Origin: Yuukianura sp. NJ FZ-2021
Taxonomy: Eukaryota
NCBI GenBank assembly: GCA_046563655.1
Contig: CM102290.1
Location: 5,332,001 to 5,396,000, forward strand
DNA length: 64,000 nt
Direction of reading: 5' to 3'
The translations under genes were made by a program, and so were the position numbers. The stretch's first letter is position 1. Each line of letters starts with the position of its first letter. The notes beneath the pieces are model-generated. The model saw only the letters and a program-made list of their open reading frames with translations, had not been told where the DNA came from and did not search any database. This document shows positions 25,735 to 40,700 of the stretch, piece by piece.

Positions 25735-28700
25735 ATGCCCTATCTCCATGACGACTTCCTCTGGTGCTCTGACAACGATCAAAAACTCATCGACCTCTCC
25801 TGCCTCGTAAGACTCTCAAAAACACTCAACTCCAAAACCAATTTCACAAAAAAAAAGGACTTAAAAAACACTTTTTAAAACACTTTCTTTGAAAAGTGGA
25901 TGTGAAACGAGCGTCTTTCCAATTGTGGACTTGGATGAGTGCTGCCCCCTGGCGAGAAAAATTAGAAACTCTACCGGAAAAAGAGTTTTGTTGGTTTGGA
26001 TTCTCTTGGTGGCGAGGAGAGGGCGCTACGCATCCAAGCCACATTCTGAAGTGACGCCAAGTTTCTTATGTTCTCATGGTGTTACATTTTCAAAATTTTA
26101 CAAAATTTGAGTTTGAGTTTCTTTTGAAAATTTAAGTTCTTGCTTGAAAATACTTTAGATCCGAAATGGATGTTGGGTTTTGGAGTTGTTTCGTTTGATG
26201 GAATTGAATTTCATAAAAAATAGAGTATTTTAAGTAAAATATGAAGCGACTACTACAACTTTTTTTTGTGTTTTTAGGAGAGCAATGGCGTGGGAAGTAG
26301 TTCTGTGCTGGGAATGGTCAACGGCGGAGACTTGTCATCCAATGGTGGACCCAACGGTGCTAACAATTCTAGTCCAGTCAATGTCCACGCTGGAATGTCC
26401 ATGTCCATCCCTATTGGACTCCACTCACCCGCGGCCACTTCACCCACCAGCACCACCAACAACTATGTCCAAGCCACCTACTCCACCCACCACCAACCCC
26501 CGATCCACCACCATCAACGGCCCCACCATCAGCTCTCCACGCCAATCCCCATGAACGCAACTGCCACGAGACACAATAATCCCCCCGGTGATCCCAATCC
26601 TTTTAACATCAACATGCTCAGTCAACAGCGACAGGAACAGCAATCATCCAATCAGAACTTGAGCAATGACAACAATGGGAACGGTGGAGGGACGACTGCT
26701 GACATGGAGCTGCCCACTTTGTCCCAATTGTCGCAGGCAGATTTGAATGGACTCGTCACAGTTGAAGATGAAGACGACGACGACCTGTTCAAACAACTAG
26801 GAGAAACGAACTTCGAATTGGATTCCATCCTGGACGGATTCGTGGACGAAAATAGTCATCCGGTGGCCCCACCGCCCCAGTACTCCTACCCACCCCAGCC
26901 CCACCAATCACAGCCCCACCTTCTCCAACACACTCTGCTCAACTATGGACCCACCACTTGTCAACCTACGACAGAAGATCGCTTTGGCAAAAGGAAACGG
27001 AAGAAGAATGTTGCCGAGTCGTCAGAATGTCGGAATGACGCTGGTGGAAATGATTGTCGCCAGGCGACACAAGGCCTCTTGAGCCTCAGTCAGAATCCGA
27101 GCAATTCAAACAGTTTGGGACCAAACAGAAAAACGTCCGCATCCATTCTACAAGCACAATTGTGTCAACCGAGTCAGTCTGATGCTGGGATTAACAGAAA
27201 TGGACAACGCAGAGTCAACATTGTTTCCTCCAATCCGCTTTTGGCAGGTTAGTTTTACTTTTTAAAACTGGATTTTAGGATTTCTGTGTCTTTTTGTTTG
27301 AAAATGCGGCGAAACTTGGTGTTTTGAATAGTTTTGACTAATTTTGTGCAGAGATGTCTCAACTGGATGATGAGGGTTTCTGGTCAAATTGGGAAGATGA
27401 AAAGGCAGTTGAGTGCAGGAGCAGTGAAAGCCCATGTAAATAAATTCTGGAAACTACAATTTACAGAAATGCAAATCCAGAGTGGTGGAAAATTTTGAAA
27501 AGTCGCGCCACCTTTAGTTGATGCTCTCATTAGGATTAACTTTGTTGTGTTTAGGTAAACTGGCAGCCTCAGCGACAGATACTGGCCAACACCAGCAGCA
27601 TCAGCATCAGCATCGTCACCTCCAGCAGCATCAGCAAGATCAGATGAGCAGAAACAATTCTTTGGGGAACCTACTGGAGATCAAGGTGGAACCACCTATG
27701 GGCGGCTCGAAAGGTAAGCAAGTGGGGTGGGGTGCAGCAGATTGGGCAAGTCGGCGAATGATTGGTGACCATCATGAATTATTCGCAATGCTTGTCCTCC
27801 GATGTCTTAAATTGGTCAGTCACACTTTGCTCTATCGATTGCCACGGTCTTCTGCCCACTTTCTTTCCTCTTCTTAGTGTCAATCGATCCCACTTTAATT
27901 GACCAAGTTTTTAACAATGACAAGGTCAACTGCGGTCAAATGGAAATACTTTGTCCAAGGTCATTCTCAGCTCCGAAACTATTTCCCAACTCTTTCTCTT
28001 GTCTAATTTATTCTCGAACTGTCTCAAAACACTTAAACTTTAGCACTTTGCCTCCTCTGGAAATTATTAATGCAAACGAGTAATCACTCCTCACTCTTCG
28101 CCTCAAAAGGCGCCTTTTTCCAATTTCAATTTCTGCATTACGTTGAGTCCAAAACGATGTACCGTAAAAAACTTCTAATTATTGCCCAGGCTTCTATTTA
28201 TTTTTCCTTATTTTTTATTAAGTAACGAAAGCTACTTTATGATTTGACCTTGTCTGTCTGTCTGTCTGCTCGTCCGTTAGCTACGATTATTTTGAAAACG
28301 GCTCACCATTTCCGGGATTTGTTTTGAGCACTTAGTATTTTCATTTATGGTTTTTTTTCTAGCCCTGCTTGTGTTGGAGATTCGCCTTTTAACAAAAAAG
28401 TTTTACGGTAAACCTAAAGTGAAATGGGCATAACGTGTAACCTAATGTAGAGCAAAAGATAGGCGCTATTTGATTTCTGAATATTTGATGAAGTTTGTTC
28501 TGTCTGTAGAGGCAGAACGTTTTGCATCAACTCCCTCTTTCTGCTTTGGAGAAAATTCCTTCCAATCAATGGAAGCGAAAATTTCATTTTTAATTGATTT
28601 TTGAAATTTTTGAAATTTTTGAATGATTTTTTTTTGGAACGTTGAAAATGGAAGTTTTTAGTCTCTTGGGCAGTATTTTGTTCCTTTAGCTTTTGAAAAA

Positions 28701-31700
28701 AAATTATGCAGAGATTTGAAGTTGATGGTTGGAATTGTGGGTTATTGTGGCACACTGGTTCTGTTTTATTTAAAAACTCCCGCCAGATTCGGAAAGTGTA
28801 TTTGGAGTATCTAAAAATAGATTTTTTGATGAAGTTGTGCCCAACGTGGTGTGTCACTCCGATTCACGTTTTAACCTCCACCGAATTGGTTGTTAGCCGG
28901 AAGCAGCGATCTGCCTCTCTTCTAATTTTAATCTTTAAACTCTGCATGTCATGTCTTCCTTCCTCCAACTCACGTCATAACTCAACCAGATGACATGTTC
29001 AGACTCCCGTAGAACCAACGACCTCACTTTGACCTTGGCTTTGACCCACAAGGGCTTTGGCTCATAGATCTGCCAACTCTCCATACTTGTCACTGTCCCG
29101 CTTCAGCTCGTCACGAACTTGGCAGCGGTCAGGGTTACCTCACACTTTTTTAATTTTCCTAAAAATAGCAAAACAAACAGACAAAAGCGTACAAGTTTTT
29201 GTCGAAAGCGGTTTTATTTTATTTTTCACAGAAAAAAGTTTCAGAGGTTAGATTACTTTATTTCAGGACGTATAGCACGCGTCTTATCTGAGGTTAAGTT
29301 ACCCTGTTTAACGGCCTATAGCTCGCGGATTTCTGATGTTACTCTGGTTCCAAACATTGGTCATAACTTACACCGTATTTATGTGTGCGGTATACATACG
29401 CGGGCGTGGGTAATATGCCGTGAAATAGGGTAATTTGCATTATTTATTTTTTTGTAAGTTGATTTTGAATTGGACGGGAATTTTTCTGAAATTGTTTTGC
29501 TTGCAGCCGGCTGTTTTGGCAGAGTAATTTTGAGTAATTTTGTTTTAAAGTGTTGGTAAACTGGAATGATTTATTTGGTGACTGGGATGTAGGTCGAGAG
29601 ACGTCGTTCCGTCTCCATCGAATTGTAGATTTGGACACTTTTCAAGTGGAACTAAAGTTGATTTCCGCTTTGGAGTACTATAACTATGTATTTAAAATAC
29701 TATAGCTACAACTTATTAATAGCTTATGCAAATTAGGGACACGGGCAAACGATATCACGACCACGGTGACACCTTGCCAAAATCTGTCTTGCAAAACAAG
29801 GATCCCAGTGGGGCTGTCTACTAAATTCTCTTCCGATTTTTGTCACACAACGACCTTCATCAACACGATTTTCAATGGCAAAATTCTACGAGGAATTCAA
29901 CATTTTTTGAAAACAGGAAATTCGAGTTAGATTTTTTGAAAATAGGAAATGTGAGTCAGAATTTTTGAAAACAGGAAATTTGAGTTAGATTTTTTGAAAA
30001 TAGGCGGCGATTGAGTGGATTGTTTAACCAGCAAGGTCATTCCACCGAGTCCGTTTAAAAATAATTTGTGCCAAGATTAAGAAAAATAGTTTGGATTTGG
30101 ATTTGAATTTTGAGAGAAAAAGAAATTGTGTGTTGGAATTGGTTTGGGTAGGAAATGAAGGCAGGTGAAATAAGACGGAGTAAGATTTTTTTGAAATTCT
30201 AATTTTGAACTTTTTTGATGAAGTTGCCAAAGTTTGTTGAGAGTTTGTGAACTGTGTGTTGGGTTTTATGACTCTTGTGTATGGAATATTTATGACTTCC
30301 TAGAAATCTCCTTCCTCGTCCATCCAAGCGTCTTTTCCAGAGTTCCAAAAAAAAAATCGCTTTTTGTTTCTGTTTTTGGTCCAATTCGGGATTGTTGAAA
30401 AGTGGGTCTGTTTGGAGTGTTGTTTATTGTTTAATTTTTAGGTTTTTTTAGTTTAGTGGTGGAGCCAAGTGGAACTCGGTTGGGGTTGGACAGGTCAACT
30501 TCCAATTTCCGCCAATTTTTAAATTTACTCTTCCTTTTCTATTTTGGGAAAAGCCAAAATCTTCTGTTCTTGTTTGAGAATTCCAAATCCATCGACTTTG
30601 GATTTGGCAACAGACGGAGGTCTTTTATTTGTATAAATTAGGACAAGGACGAAACACTATCCAGTCAGATTAATCTAAAAACGCTTTTTCAAAGAACGAT
30701 TTCAAACAAGGCTCAAACAGCATGGACATACACAGTTGATTTAGAGAAAACGCGGGACTTTTGGCAAGAAACATTGTTATTTGATTTTGTTTTTGTAAAT
30801 TTCCTTGATTTAAAATTCAAAGTTTGTTTCAAATTGAACAACGGAGAATCAGTTGGTAGTTGGGCGTGTGAATTATGGACTTCCAATTGATGTCCTCGTG
30901 TGGGAAGAAAAAAGCGGGCCACTTAATTTTGGAAAACTATGCCACGCACTTGGCACTTGTCGTAGGCCGTTCTTTAAATTTTTAGAACATTTGAGAAGAA
31001 ATCACCCTGGTTCGTCTACTTTTGTTATTTGAGTGATGATGACTAAAAGACTGAAAAAACAGAAATGTATTTTTGAACTGGTTGGATTTTCTCGTGTCTA
31101 GAGATGTTGTTGACCCTGTTATTGAAATTATATTGAGATAGTTCCCGCATTTTGATGAACCAGCAAAAGAGAGTGTCGAATGTCACGTCTCTATCATGAG
31201 GAAATAGAATCTGACAACTATTTCAAAGGACTCATCTGCTCAGGACTTTGATTGTGGCATAAAGGGCCCTTAAGTCCTCCTTTTGTTTCAATTAAGCATA
31301 ACATGGATCCCTTATTCTGCTCCCTTTTGTTTGTATTTTTTACTCAAAAATTCTGAGAATGAAATTCAAAGAGTGGAAATCCATCCGTTTTTTTTTGAAA
31401 AGATTTTAAGATTCATTGAGATTTTAGTGAAGTGATTTTGAGATTCTGAGGTTTTGGTGAGTTTCTAATGTCGAGATTTTGTTGAGTTTTTGAGTTTGAG
31501 ATTCTGATGAGTTTTTGATTGTTAAACGCAGAGTTTTTGTTTTTGAATTTTTTAAAGTTATTTTGGGCTTATGTGTCTCCAATCGCTTCATAAATCCAAC
31601 TTGGGGTGAAGTTATTACAAAATTGGATATTTTTTGGTGAAATGAGGCGGTGAAAGTCTGGTTTTTAATTGACAGGCACTTCCAGATGGAGCCAATTGGG

Positions 31701-34700
31701 CAGAACTAGCATAGGTTATTGGTTGGGCAGTGGAGAATGTGTCCGGTGACCATGGCCCATTGGTTGGACAGTCGATTTGACACCGAAGGGGTCACGGCTC
31801 ATCGGCCGCTTTGGTCATTTGACTAATGGGTCACTCCCCAGTGTGTGCTCAGGCGTAAAGAATAAGAAGGGGTCATCTGCACAAAGTCTCTTTGCAATCT
31901 GACCCCCCGACTCTTGTTATTTCTGTCGTCATCAAACACTTCCAGTCTCAAGTTCCCTAAGTTGATACTTTCTATACCAAACGACACGCTAAACTCTTTG
32001 AAATCACTTTTCCAAGAAAATATCCCTCCAATAATAATAACGTCAACTTGACTCTTATTAGAGGAAAAACGGAATTTCGACAATTTAAAAATCTCAAAAT
32101 TTTAAAATTTAGGGAATTATATGGAATAAGGGTTTTTCGGAAGGGTTTTTTTTTTTGAATTTTTTGGTGTGTATAGGGACCCTTGCAAAGTTGTAAACAA
32201 AGAAGGACTTTGGCCTGTGAAATCTCACTCTTCCCATGTACAAATACCGTAAAACGTCTGATAAACTCCGGTTTCTAACAAGTGTCGGGTCTCTTTTATA
32301 CGTCTGGGGTAAAAATTCAGATTTAGATTAAACGCTCGGGGTTTACTAGAAGTTTTACGGTATATCTCCTCATTTACACTTGGAAAAGAGATACTAAACA
32401 CATGGACTAAACATAATCTCCAACTTAAATTAAAACACAAACAATTTTACATTTTGTTTCCCCGCGCCTTCTCCAAAGTACTCTTAACTCATCTTGTACG
32501 TTAGGTAAGGCTACGTATTTTATTTTTTTAGGTAGCTATTTTGGATTCTTTACTTTTGAAAATGCGTTTTGGATGAAACAACGTGGGTTTCATGTAGGTT
32601 ATTGCTGTTGACAATTTGCCAAGTGGCGGCAAACTTTGTTACTTTTAAACCCGTAGCTGGAGGTGCAGAAATACCGACAGTGGCATTCCAATTCCAAACA
32701 GTGTCAATGAATGCTCTCATTTCAAATGAACTTATGCTAGGTTAGGTAAAACCTCAACTTGAATTTTAATTTTAAAAGTTAAGGAGAATGCTTAGCATAG
32801 AATTTTCGAACCGATAAAACGCACGCAGTTATATAATTATATTGGCACATAGTGTTAGGAAAAATATTCCCTAATACCTGTTAAAGAATTTTAGCTAGAT
32901 TGCATCAAGAAGAAATTTTACGTATTCCTGAGACTGAGCTAGATTTCATCAAGAAGAAATTTTAGGTATTCCTGAGACTTTAAAGTTTGAGCTTTAAGGA
33001 AATCGAAGTCGGGACTTGTATGCCCTAATTGTAATGCATTATAAACTTAGCACAGATGAGGAAGAAGATGTGGGAGGCTGGAGGAGTGAGGAAGGGCCCA
33101 GTCCTTCGTTTTGAGTTCACTGGGTGACATTTGCTGACCATTTTTTGGTTGACTTTTAAACAAATTAGGCCTAGACTTAAAAAGAGAGGGAGAAGTAGAG
33201 GTTAAAGATGGTTGGGAAGTTTAAAAAATGGTTGGGAGCAGATGCTGCGGCAGTGTTGGGCCATAAGTCTCCTTGGAAGGGGTAATGACTCTGGAGTGAG
33301 TCTCATTATTACGGGGTCATTATTCAACAGTATTCCATTTCACCCGATGCGTCTCATCCATCACACATCGCCTACTCTTACCCATCGCTTCACTGCCATA
33401 CTTTTTAAAAAATAACTTTTTTAAACTTTGAACAAGAGGACAGTGGTGACCGTGTCTGCTCTTCCTGGAGTGGAGTTTTTGGTAGCCTCAAGGCTAGGTC
33501 TGGAGACTTTCTTGGCTAAGAATAGAACGAGAACGTCTCCTGGATACCCGCAATGCCCAAATCCTGGCAGCATCCGCTTTCTCCACTCCTTTCTCCGATC
33601 CACAGTCCATAACCATTCCAGGGAATTCTGGACTGGGGCCAACACGAGTTATGGCAATGGAAGGGTTAGGGCGTCGTAGTCAAGGCTAGCAAAAGGCTCA
33701 ACTCCCAATTTCCGAATTTACGTCCATTCACTTTCTACTTGGTTTTTTAGTTGGCGTTCGTGTTTTCACTTTCAGGGTACTTAAATCTTCTGTCGTTTTG
33801 TCATTCACTTTCTTGTGGCGTTTCGTAAACATTTTTTTTGTAGCGTTTCGCTGTTGACCTTTTTGTAGCCTTTCGGTGTTGACTTTTTTTTGTTGCGTTT
33901 CAGTGTTGATCTGTTGTGGTGTTTGTGTTGACTTTTTTGTGGCGTTTGGTTGTAGACTGTTTTGTGTAGCTGGAATTGTGTGTTGAATGTTTTGGCTGGA
34001 TTATTGGTGGAATGGAGCGTGGGTCTGCGTGGTGAAGGTCGTTTGAAGGCGGAAGGGACTGGTTGTGTGGATGGCTGTGGTCAGTGTGGATCGATGGTTA
34101 GGCTGAGTAGTGGGGTGGAAGTTGGAGAAAGTGGTCTGGAACTTCCTGCAGTGTGACCTTGAGGTTGGCGGCTGGAGGAATGGCCCACTTCAGGGTGAAA
34201 GTATCGATCCTCCCTCATTGACGTCAGTCTCCAAAGCACACGATCCCAAGGACACACACACAACTAAAAATAAGGCACATCCGCTTTCTCCACTCAGCAC
34301 ACCTTCTCCCACCAACTCACCCATCCATCCGCTTCCTACTTCTGCTCAAACAACACTTTCATGCGGGAGAGACATGATTCCGAGGGGTAGTTGACTGTTG
34401 TAGCCTAATTGATGACTTTGTGGTGGTGACGAGAGTCCATGCTCTCAAAGTCACTCCGAATCCTCACCCGACACTCACATTTTTAACATTTGTTTCCGCA
34501 ATCCATTACGCAGTGTCCTGTCGTCCCCTTTCTCAATTTCTCCATTTTTAACTAAAGTTTAAAGTTAGTCTTTTGCTGGATCCACATTTTTCTTTCGACG
34601 TTTCATCCATGGCCGTTTATCCAGTGGATGAAATGAAGTGATGGAATTGCACAAGTGGATAAAATTTCAAACAAGAACGAAATGAAGTGGATGAAATTCC

Positions 34701-37700
34701 AAAGCTGGATGAAATGAAGTGGATGAAATTTCATACGCGAGCGAAATGAAGTGAATGAAATGAAGTAGAATTGATCACGGGTTCGGTCTCAATCATCGTC
34801 ATAAAGTTAAATATATTTTTGAAATTGTTCATTTTCTTCCAACTACCAAAACGTTCATCCAGTTAGGCATTTCGTCCAGTTATATCCACTCAAAAGTAGA
34901 AGTTGTCAATTAATCAAACTGCAATTTCATCCATCCATAGCACTGCTTTATGCCAGGCCAGTGTTGCATCCTTTTGTCATTCCATCAACGCGGAATGGAT
35001 CCAAATTGATTTTTCCAGGTCAAGAGACACAGAGTTGAGGACGTCTGGATGAAAATGGGCAAAGTGTGTCTGGGATGAGTTGACTGATGATAGTCTGAGT
35101 GTACTTAGGGTGTCCTCTGTGGTGGTAAATGGTTCACTTTGTGAAGAGGATGCAATTTTTCAGAAGTGAATTGGAACCAGTTGGAAATTGGTGAAATTGG
35201 TGGTTTAGAGACTATGATCATTTTTCACCTCAAATGAGAGAGTGAAGGCAGCTGGAACTATGCGATTCTGCCGGCATGAACCTCAACCGGAACTCATCAA
35301 CCATCCACCCCGGTCAGAGGTCACTCTTTTCACGTAATCCCTCATAGTTACTCCCTCTGACATTTCCAAATGACCCAACTCCTAGGATTCACCCACCTTG
35401 GAGGCTTAAGGGCCCCTTACACTTCTTAAGGGCTCGGTCTTTCCAGGTCATTAGTTGACTTTAGTTTTTCCTCTTTTAGGAAGATACAAAGTCCATCAGC
35501 AATTCAATTATTGCATACTTTTGTGCCTGAATTCTGCCATGTTTAGTTTTTTTTTAATGTCTACCGGGATTTAACAATTTTGGCTGCGTTTTAAGTTTTA
35601 TGCTTTTTTTTTGTTGAAAGCGGGTAGATTTGAATTGTGTGTTGTGCAACAAGTGGGTGAGTTGTTGAGAGTTATTTTGGCAGTGTTAGTTTTTGACAGA
35701 GTGGGATGAATGGATGGAGTGGCAGTGAAGGAAGTGATCTGTGCTGGCTGGATCCATTGGCTACGCCACGCTCACAGACGGTGTGGCATCCTCTCCAACC
35801 ATCACTGAAACCTTGAACTTCTCCGCAGTCCAAATCATCTCTCAAGATGAAACAAAAAAAATGGCAAAAAGAGTTTCCTCCTTTTGGAATGGAAATGAAC
35901 AGAGACGCTCCCTTCCTCTTGCACAACAACCCACGCTCAAAATTAAGCACATTCTGCAAAAAATTAAGCAAAGGAAAAATTAAGCAAAAGTTGTTGTTTT
36001 TGGTTTTAAGTGCGTCTCTACCTGAATAGTAATTGTGAGAAGTGGATGCGAGTGGTTTTGTCTTTGTTAAGTTCAATTGTGTCCAGAAGTTAATAATAGT
36101 CGGAATTGAGTCATTGGCCTCTGCACAAGAGCTTTAATTGAGTCTTGATTCCAGAAATTGGTTAACCTTGAATCAATTTCCATCAATTAGAACCCATTTA
36201 CTTGACTGTAGCATTTGAGGCTTCTATTCCTCTGATATAGCAGAAACAAGGAGTCGCTTATGCCAAGATATACCTTGTGACTCTCGTCTGACCTCTGCAA
36301 AAGAGTTGAAGGTTTTCCGCATCTCTCCAAACGGCAGCAGAAGCACAGGATTAGTCTCTCCCACTTTCACTCTCTTTTCTCCACTCGTGTTCTCCCATTT
36401 CAAAATTATACTTAGGATTTCTGACAAATTAAAAAAAAATTAACCAACAAAATTTCAAAATTCAGTATAACTAAGCATAGTCTGGTAATTTAACTAAGCT
36501 TTAGCATACGTTGGATAATTTAGAGTTGAGATTAACTTTGTCCGGTGACTGAATTTGAGTTTGATGGTTTCATTGTATGGGAAATTGAGAAATTATTTGA
36601 TTTTTAACGGCGTCTGCGCAGAAGGAGTTTAGAGTGTGTGAACTGCGCTGTGATTGGAGACTAAATTTTGAGTGTCGTGGTGATTGTTGTTGCCTGGAAG
36701 AGTTTTTTGTTTAATGATGCTGATTATGCATAGAGTTGTTAACCGCTCTGAGTCACTTCCTTTTCCTTAGCACCAAGACGCAACTTCTCACGCTCCACCT
36801 CAACAAAACAAAAAGTCTGGACCATCAGCACTTCCAAGTATTCTGCCATTCCGCAGCACATTCCCAACTTTTGACTCTTGTTCAAAACAACATTCCTTCT
36901 TGGGAATGACTTCTGAGAGTTCCAGGACTTTGTTTTATAACGCCGTGGCGTTAAGGGAAAGGCGTTTTTGGGAATGGAGTTATTACGCCGTGGCGTGCAG
37001 AAATGGTGTAGTATAATGGCGTTAAGTAAGCGGATGGTCGTAAGTTCTCTGTAGTGTGAATAGACAGTAGGGCTGTCGCAACTACTGTAACTGCGGAATT
37101 GAGGTGAAGGCGAGCTACGTTGAAGTTCCCAGTGACTGACCCATGCGGGTCACTCACTTCCTTCCACCATCGTACACTTTTTAGTGTCACTGCAGTTGCT
37201 CCTCACTTTTGTTGCAACTGAGTTGCAAGTTGCAACTTGCAACTTAGGAATTGTTGCGGCGAGGTGTGAGTTCTTTTTGCCTGGGAATGACGCAAGATGC
37301 TTGTTGAGGAAAGGAGTTGCGAATTTTGGCAAAATGAAAGCGGATGGCCTTCATCTCCGCAATGCTAAAAACGATTTTCTAAAATAAGGGATGCTTCCAA
37401 AATTTGAATTTGAGATTTCGGATTTTGATAAGTTTTTGATAGGCGCAGTGGCTGAGCATCTCTCCGATCGTTTCCTGATCTTCCTGAGAACGGAGATCAG
37501 GAAGATGAGGATCTCTTAGGATTGATTTGAGAATCCACATGTTTGGAGGAAGAAGAGGGCCCTGTGTTGTGTCAACTGAAGGGCCCTCATCTGTTTTTTA
37601 AGACGACCCTTAAGCCTTAAGTCCCTCTGATCCAAGGGAGAAAGGATTAGGAGAGACAGCTAATGATGACCTCAGTGGCGGTCACAGCCCTTTTGAAACG

Positions 37701-40700
37701 AGATCCCTCTTTTTTAACATCCACATGACGAACAGAAGTAGCCGAAACAGGAAACCTTAGATACAGAGTTCCAGTGTTTCAAAATTTCAGAAAAAAAAGT
37801 TACATGAAAATATTTCGAAAAAGTTGGTTTTGATTTTGATTGTTGAGGAATTGACCAAGGTTTTGAGGGGAGTGAGGGAAGTTGCGTTGTTTTGAGGAGT
37901 GCGAAATGCATCTCTTCGCACAAGAATGACAAGAGCACGTCTGTTCCCAATTCCCTTTTGCATCACTTGCACTTGCCATTGCGCCAAAGACAGGGTTAAC
38001 TTGTGCGCAGACTCCTTTAACACCATGGGCTAACAAGCAGTTTCTGTTGTGGTGACAATGATTTTGGGCAAGAGAGCAGTGCACTGATTGGAATTGGAAA
38101 TGTGTATGTTGCAAGGTGGTGGTAATGACTGCCCCCACGAGGGGGTGCAGTTGCAACGTTGTGCAAAGTATTGCAGTCGTAGTACACACACTCTGACCCA
38201 GTGGTCACACTTGCACTTGACAAAACCAAACTTGCGTAAAACTATCTTGAAACATCCGCTTTTCCAAACAATTCCACTTTTCTACTATTCCGTTCTTGAT
38301 CTTGGAAGGAAAGACGCAACATTTCCGACTAGTTGCTCAAATCCTGTTCAAATTTATTCAAATTGTTGGTCAAATATTGTTTGAACAAAGTCACTCTGAA
38401 AAGTTGGACCGTTTGGAGTGAAAGTGATCATTTCGAACTTATGAGTTTCATTGTAATTTCTGTTTTTGGGATGAAAATGTTGGCAGTAGTTTTTCAGTTT
38501 TTAGCGGGAAGTGATTGTGTTAAGGCCCGGACACACACAGTGTGTGACGGTCTCACGCGACACTAAATTGAGCAAAGAGCAATCCAGAAATCTGAAGTAT
38601 TTTTTTGGTTTGACCTTCAACCTGAGTTTAGTTGCAAAAGTTCATTTACTTTTCATCTCTCAAATTGGAAACACATCGTTATCAGTGCGGGGCATTGTGA
38701 ATATTCATTGCAGAAATATGAGTAAGGGGCATTGTGAGACTTGTTACAGAATCAAAGCCGGAATTAGGAGATGGATCGGCGTTTATTAGCGCAGTTACTT
38801 CTAGACGTATTGAGCTGGATTTGCGTCCGGGACTTTGTTGTAGAAATTCGGTTTGAAATGCCTGTTTTTTTGGAATGTCCCCTGGGTCGCTGTTGCGCCC
38901 GCCCTTTAGTGGCAGTGGGTAACAGACGTACGGTGTGTCTGAATGAAAAGCAGACTCCTCCTGCCGCTACTCCACTCACTCTCGTTCCTCGTAGCAGTAC
39001 TAAGCACCCTCTCAGTCACTCACTGTCTCACCTCAGTCAGTGAACGCCGTCACTCGCCGCTCTCCCGCAAAATCAGGAACAATAACCAACCTCCGACAAC
39101 AAATTGTGGACGCAGTGACTCCGCATGGACACTTCCAACCAGTCACTTCTCAGGACATTCGGAAGTGACATGGGCACAGAAGTAGACGAGCGACTGGTGG
39201 GGCGCAAGGCCTCCAAATCCCCCAGTGTCACCATTCCCACCCACAGTTTCGGTGCTCACCGGAGAAACAACTCTGTGACAAGTAGTGGAAGTAGTGTGAG
39301 TGTAGCCTCAGACCCTGACATGTACGAAGGGCAGCCGCTGGACTTAAGTGTCCACCGGAGACCCCCTACCCCCAGCACAGCCAGTGACATTAGCAGGAGA
39401 TTTGAGTTTCATTGTGAGGTCAACTCAGGAGTGACCTACGACTCACAAGACGATTCTGACGATTCGTCGGACTCTCAGCAGCCCATGGACTTGGGCATCA
39501 ATCCTAAAGCGTACAAAAAGTCTCTCATGAAGAGATACCGTAAGTTTCCATTTGGATACCGTAAACCCCCCATTTCATTGTGGCATGATGTTAGCTCAAG
39601 TAGGGTAGTGAGGGAGAAAGTCTGGGTTCATGGTCGGTGGTGCTTCTGGGCTGATGAGCAAGTAGTCGACTTAGACTGAAAGGAAAAGTTAAAACGGAAA
39701 GTACATTGTCTCTGTCTGAGATAACACACGCCACTTTCTCATGTTCCGCATCCCATAACACCACTTTCACTCCCACCCACCTCACCCCTCCATGCCCCTC
39801 CAGTGACCTTCCCCCTTCACATGCCGTTACATAACCCCCCACTCCTTCACTTCCCCCCGGGGGCTCTCATTTTGAACTATCAAGGTCAGAATTGAAAGTG
39901 GAAGAATCCTTACAGTTCCGCTCTGACTCTGCTCTCCTTCCCTTTCCCACCCCTCCCCCAATCTCATCTCTACTCAATTTTGTCACACACTCAATCAACC
40001 ATCCGGAAACTAGGCACCTTCTCATCAAAATTACTACGTTTTCCAACTTCTACTGTCCCTTACTATTTTCAACTTCTACAGGAAACTGTCCCTTACTATT
40101 TTTTACTATTTTCAACTTCTACTATCTCTCACTATTTTCAATTTCTACTCTAAACTGTCCCTTACTATTTTCAACTTCTACTCTAAACTGTCTCTTACTT
40201 ATTTTCAACAGATACTGCAAACTGTCCCTTACTATTTTGAACTTCTACTATAAAGTGTCCCTTACTATTTTCAACTTCTACTGCCCTTGTTATTTTCAAC
40301 TGCTACTGTCTCTTGCTACTTTTTCCAAATACTACTGTCCCTTGCTATTTCCGACTTCTACCCCTTCCTATTTCCACGTTCTAGTTTTAATTTAGACGGA
40401 TTGTGATTGATTGAAGATGGAGTGATTGATGAGTGTGGGTCACTGGACCAGTGCCTTTGTGGATCCCTATTTTGGGAAAGTGGGACAGGAAGTTGTAGGG
40501 TTGCCTCAAGGGCTCTTTTGCTCCTAGCACAGGTGAAGGGCTCACTTGTACCCTTGGCTAACGGTTCTTCTCCTTCACCTTACAAGGATCTCTCTGTTGT
40601 ATGGACCACTGTCCTAATCCACAATTGACCGGAGTGTCCTAATCTGCAATTGTGCATTTGGAAAGGGAAAGTGTAGTTTGGCGGAAGTGATGTGATGGTC

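Noticed and set aside
37211..37503. TTGCAA palindrome run and 10-bp hairpin (37472-37503)
   Set aside because: Short, and plausibly chance or slippage products.
39892..40395. 167-aa hydrophobic ORF
   Set aside because: Translation of a minisatellite; no ATG start or splice support.
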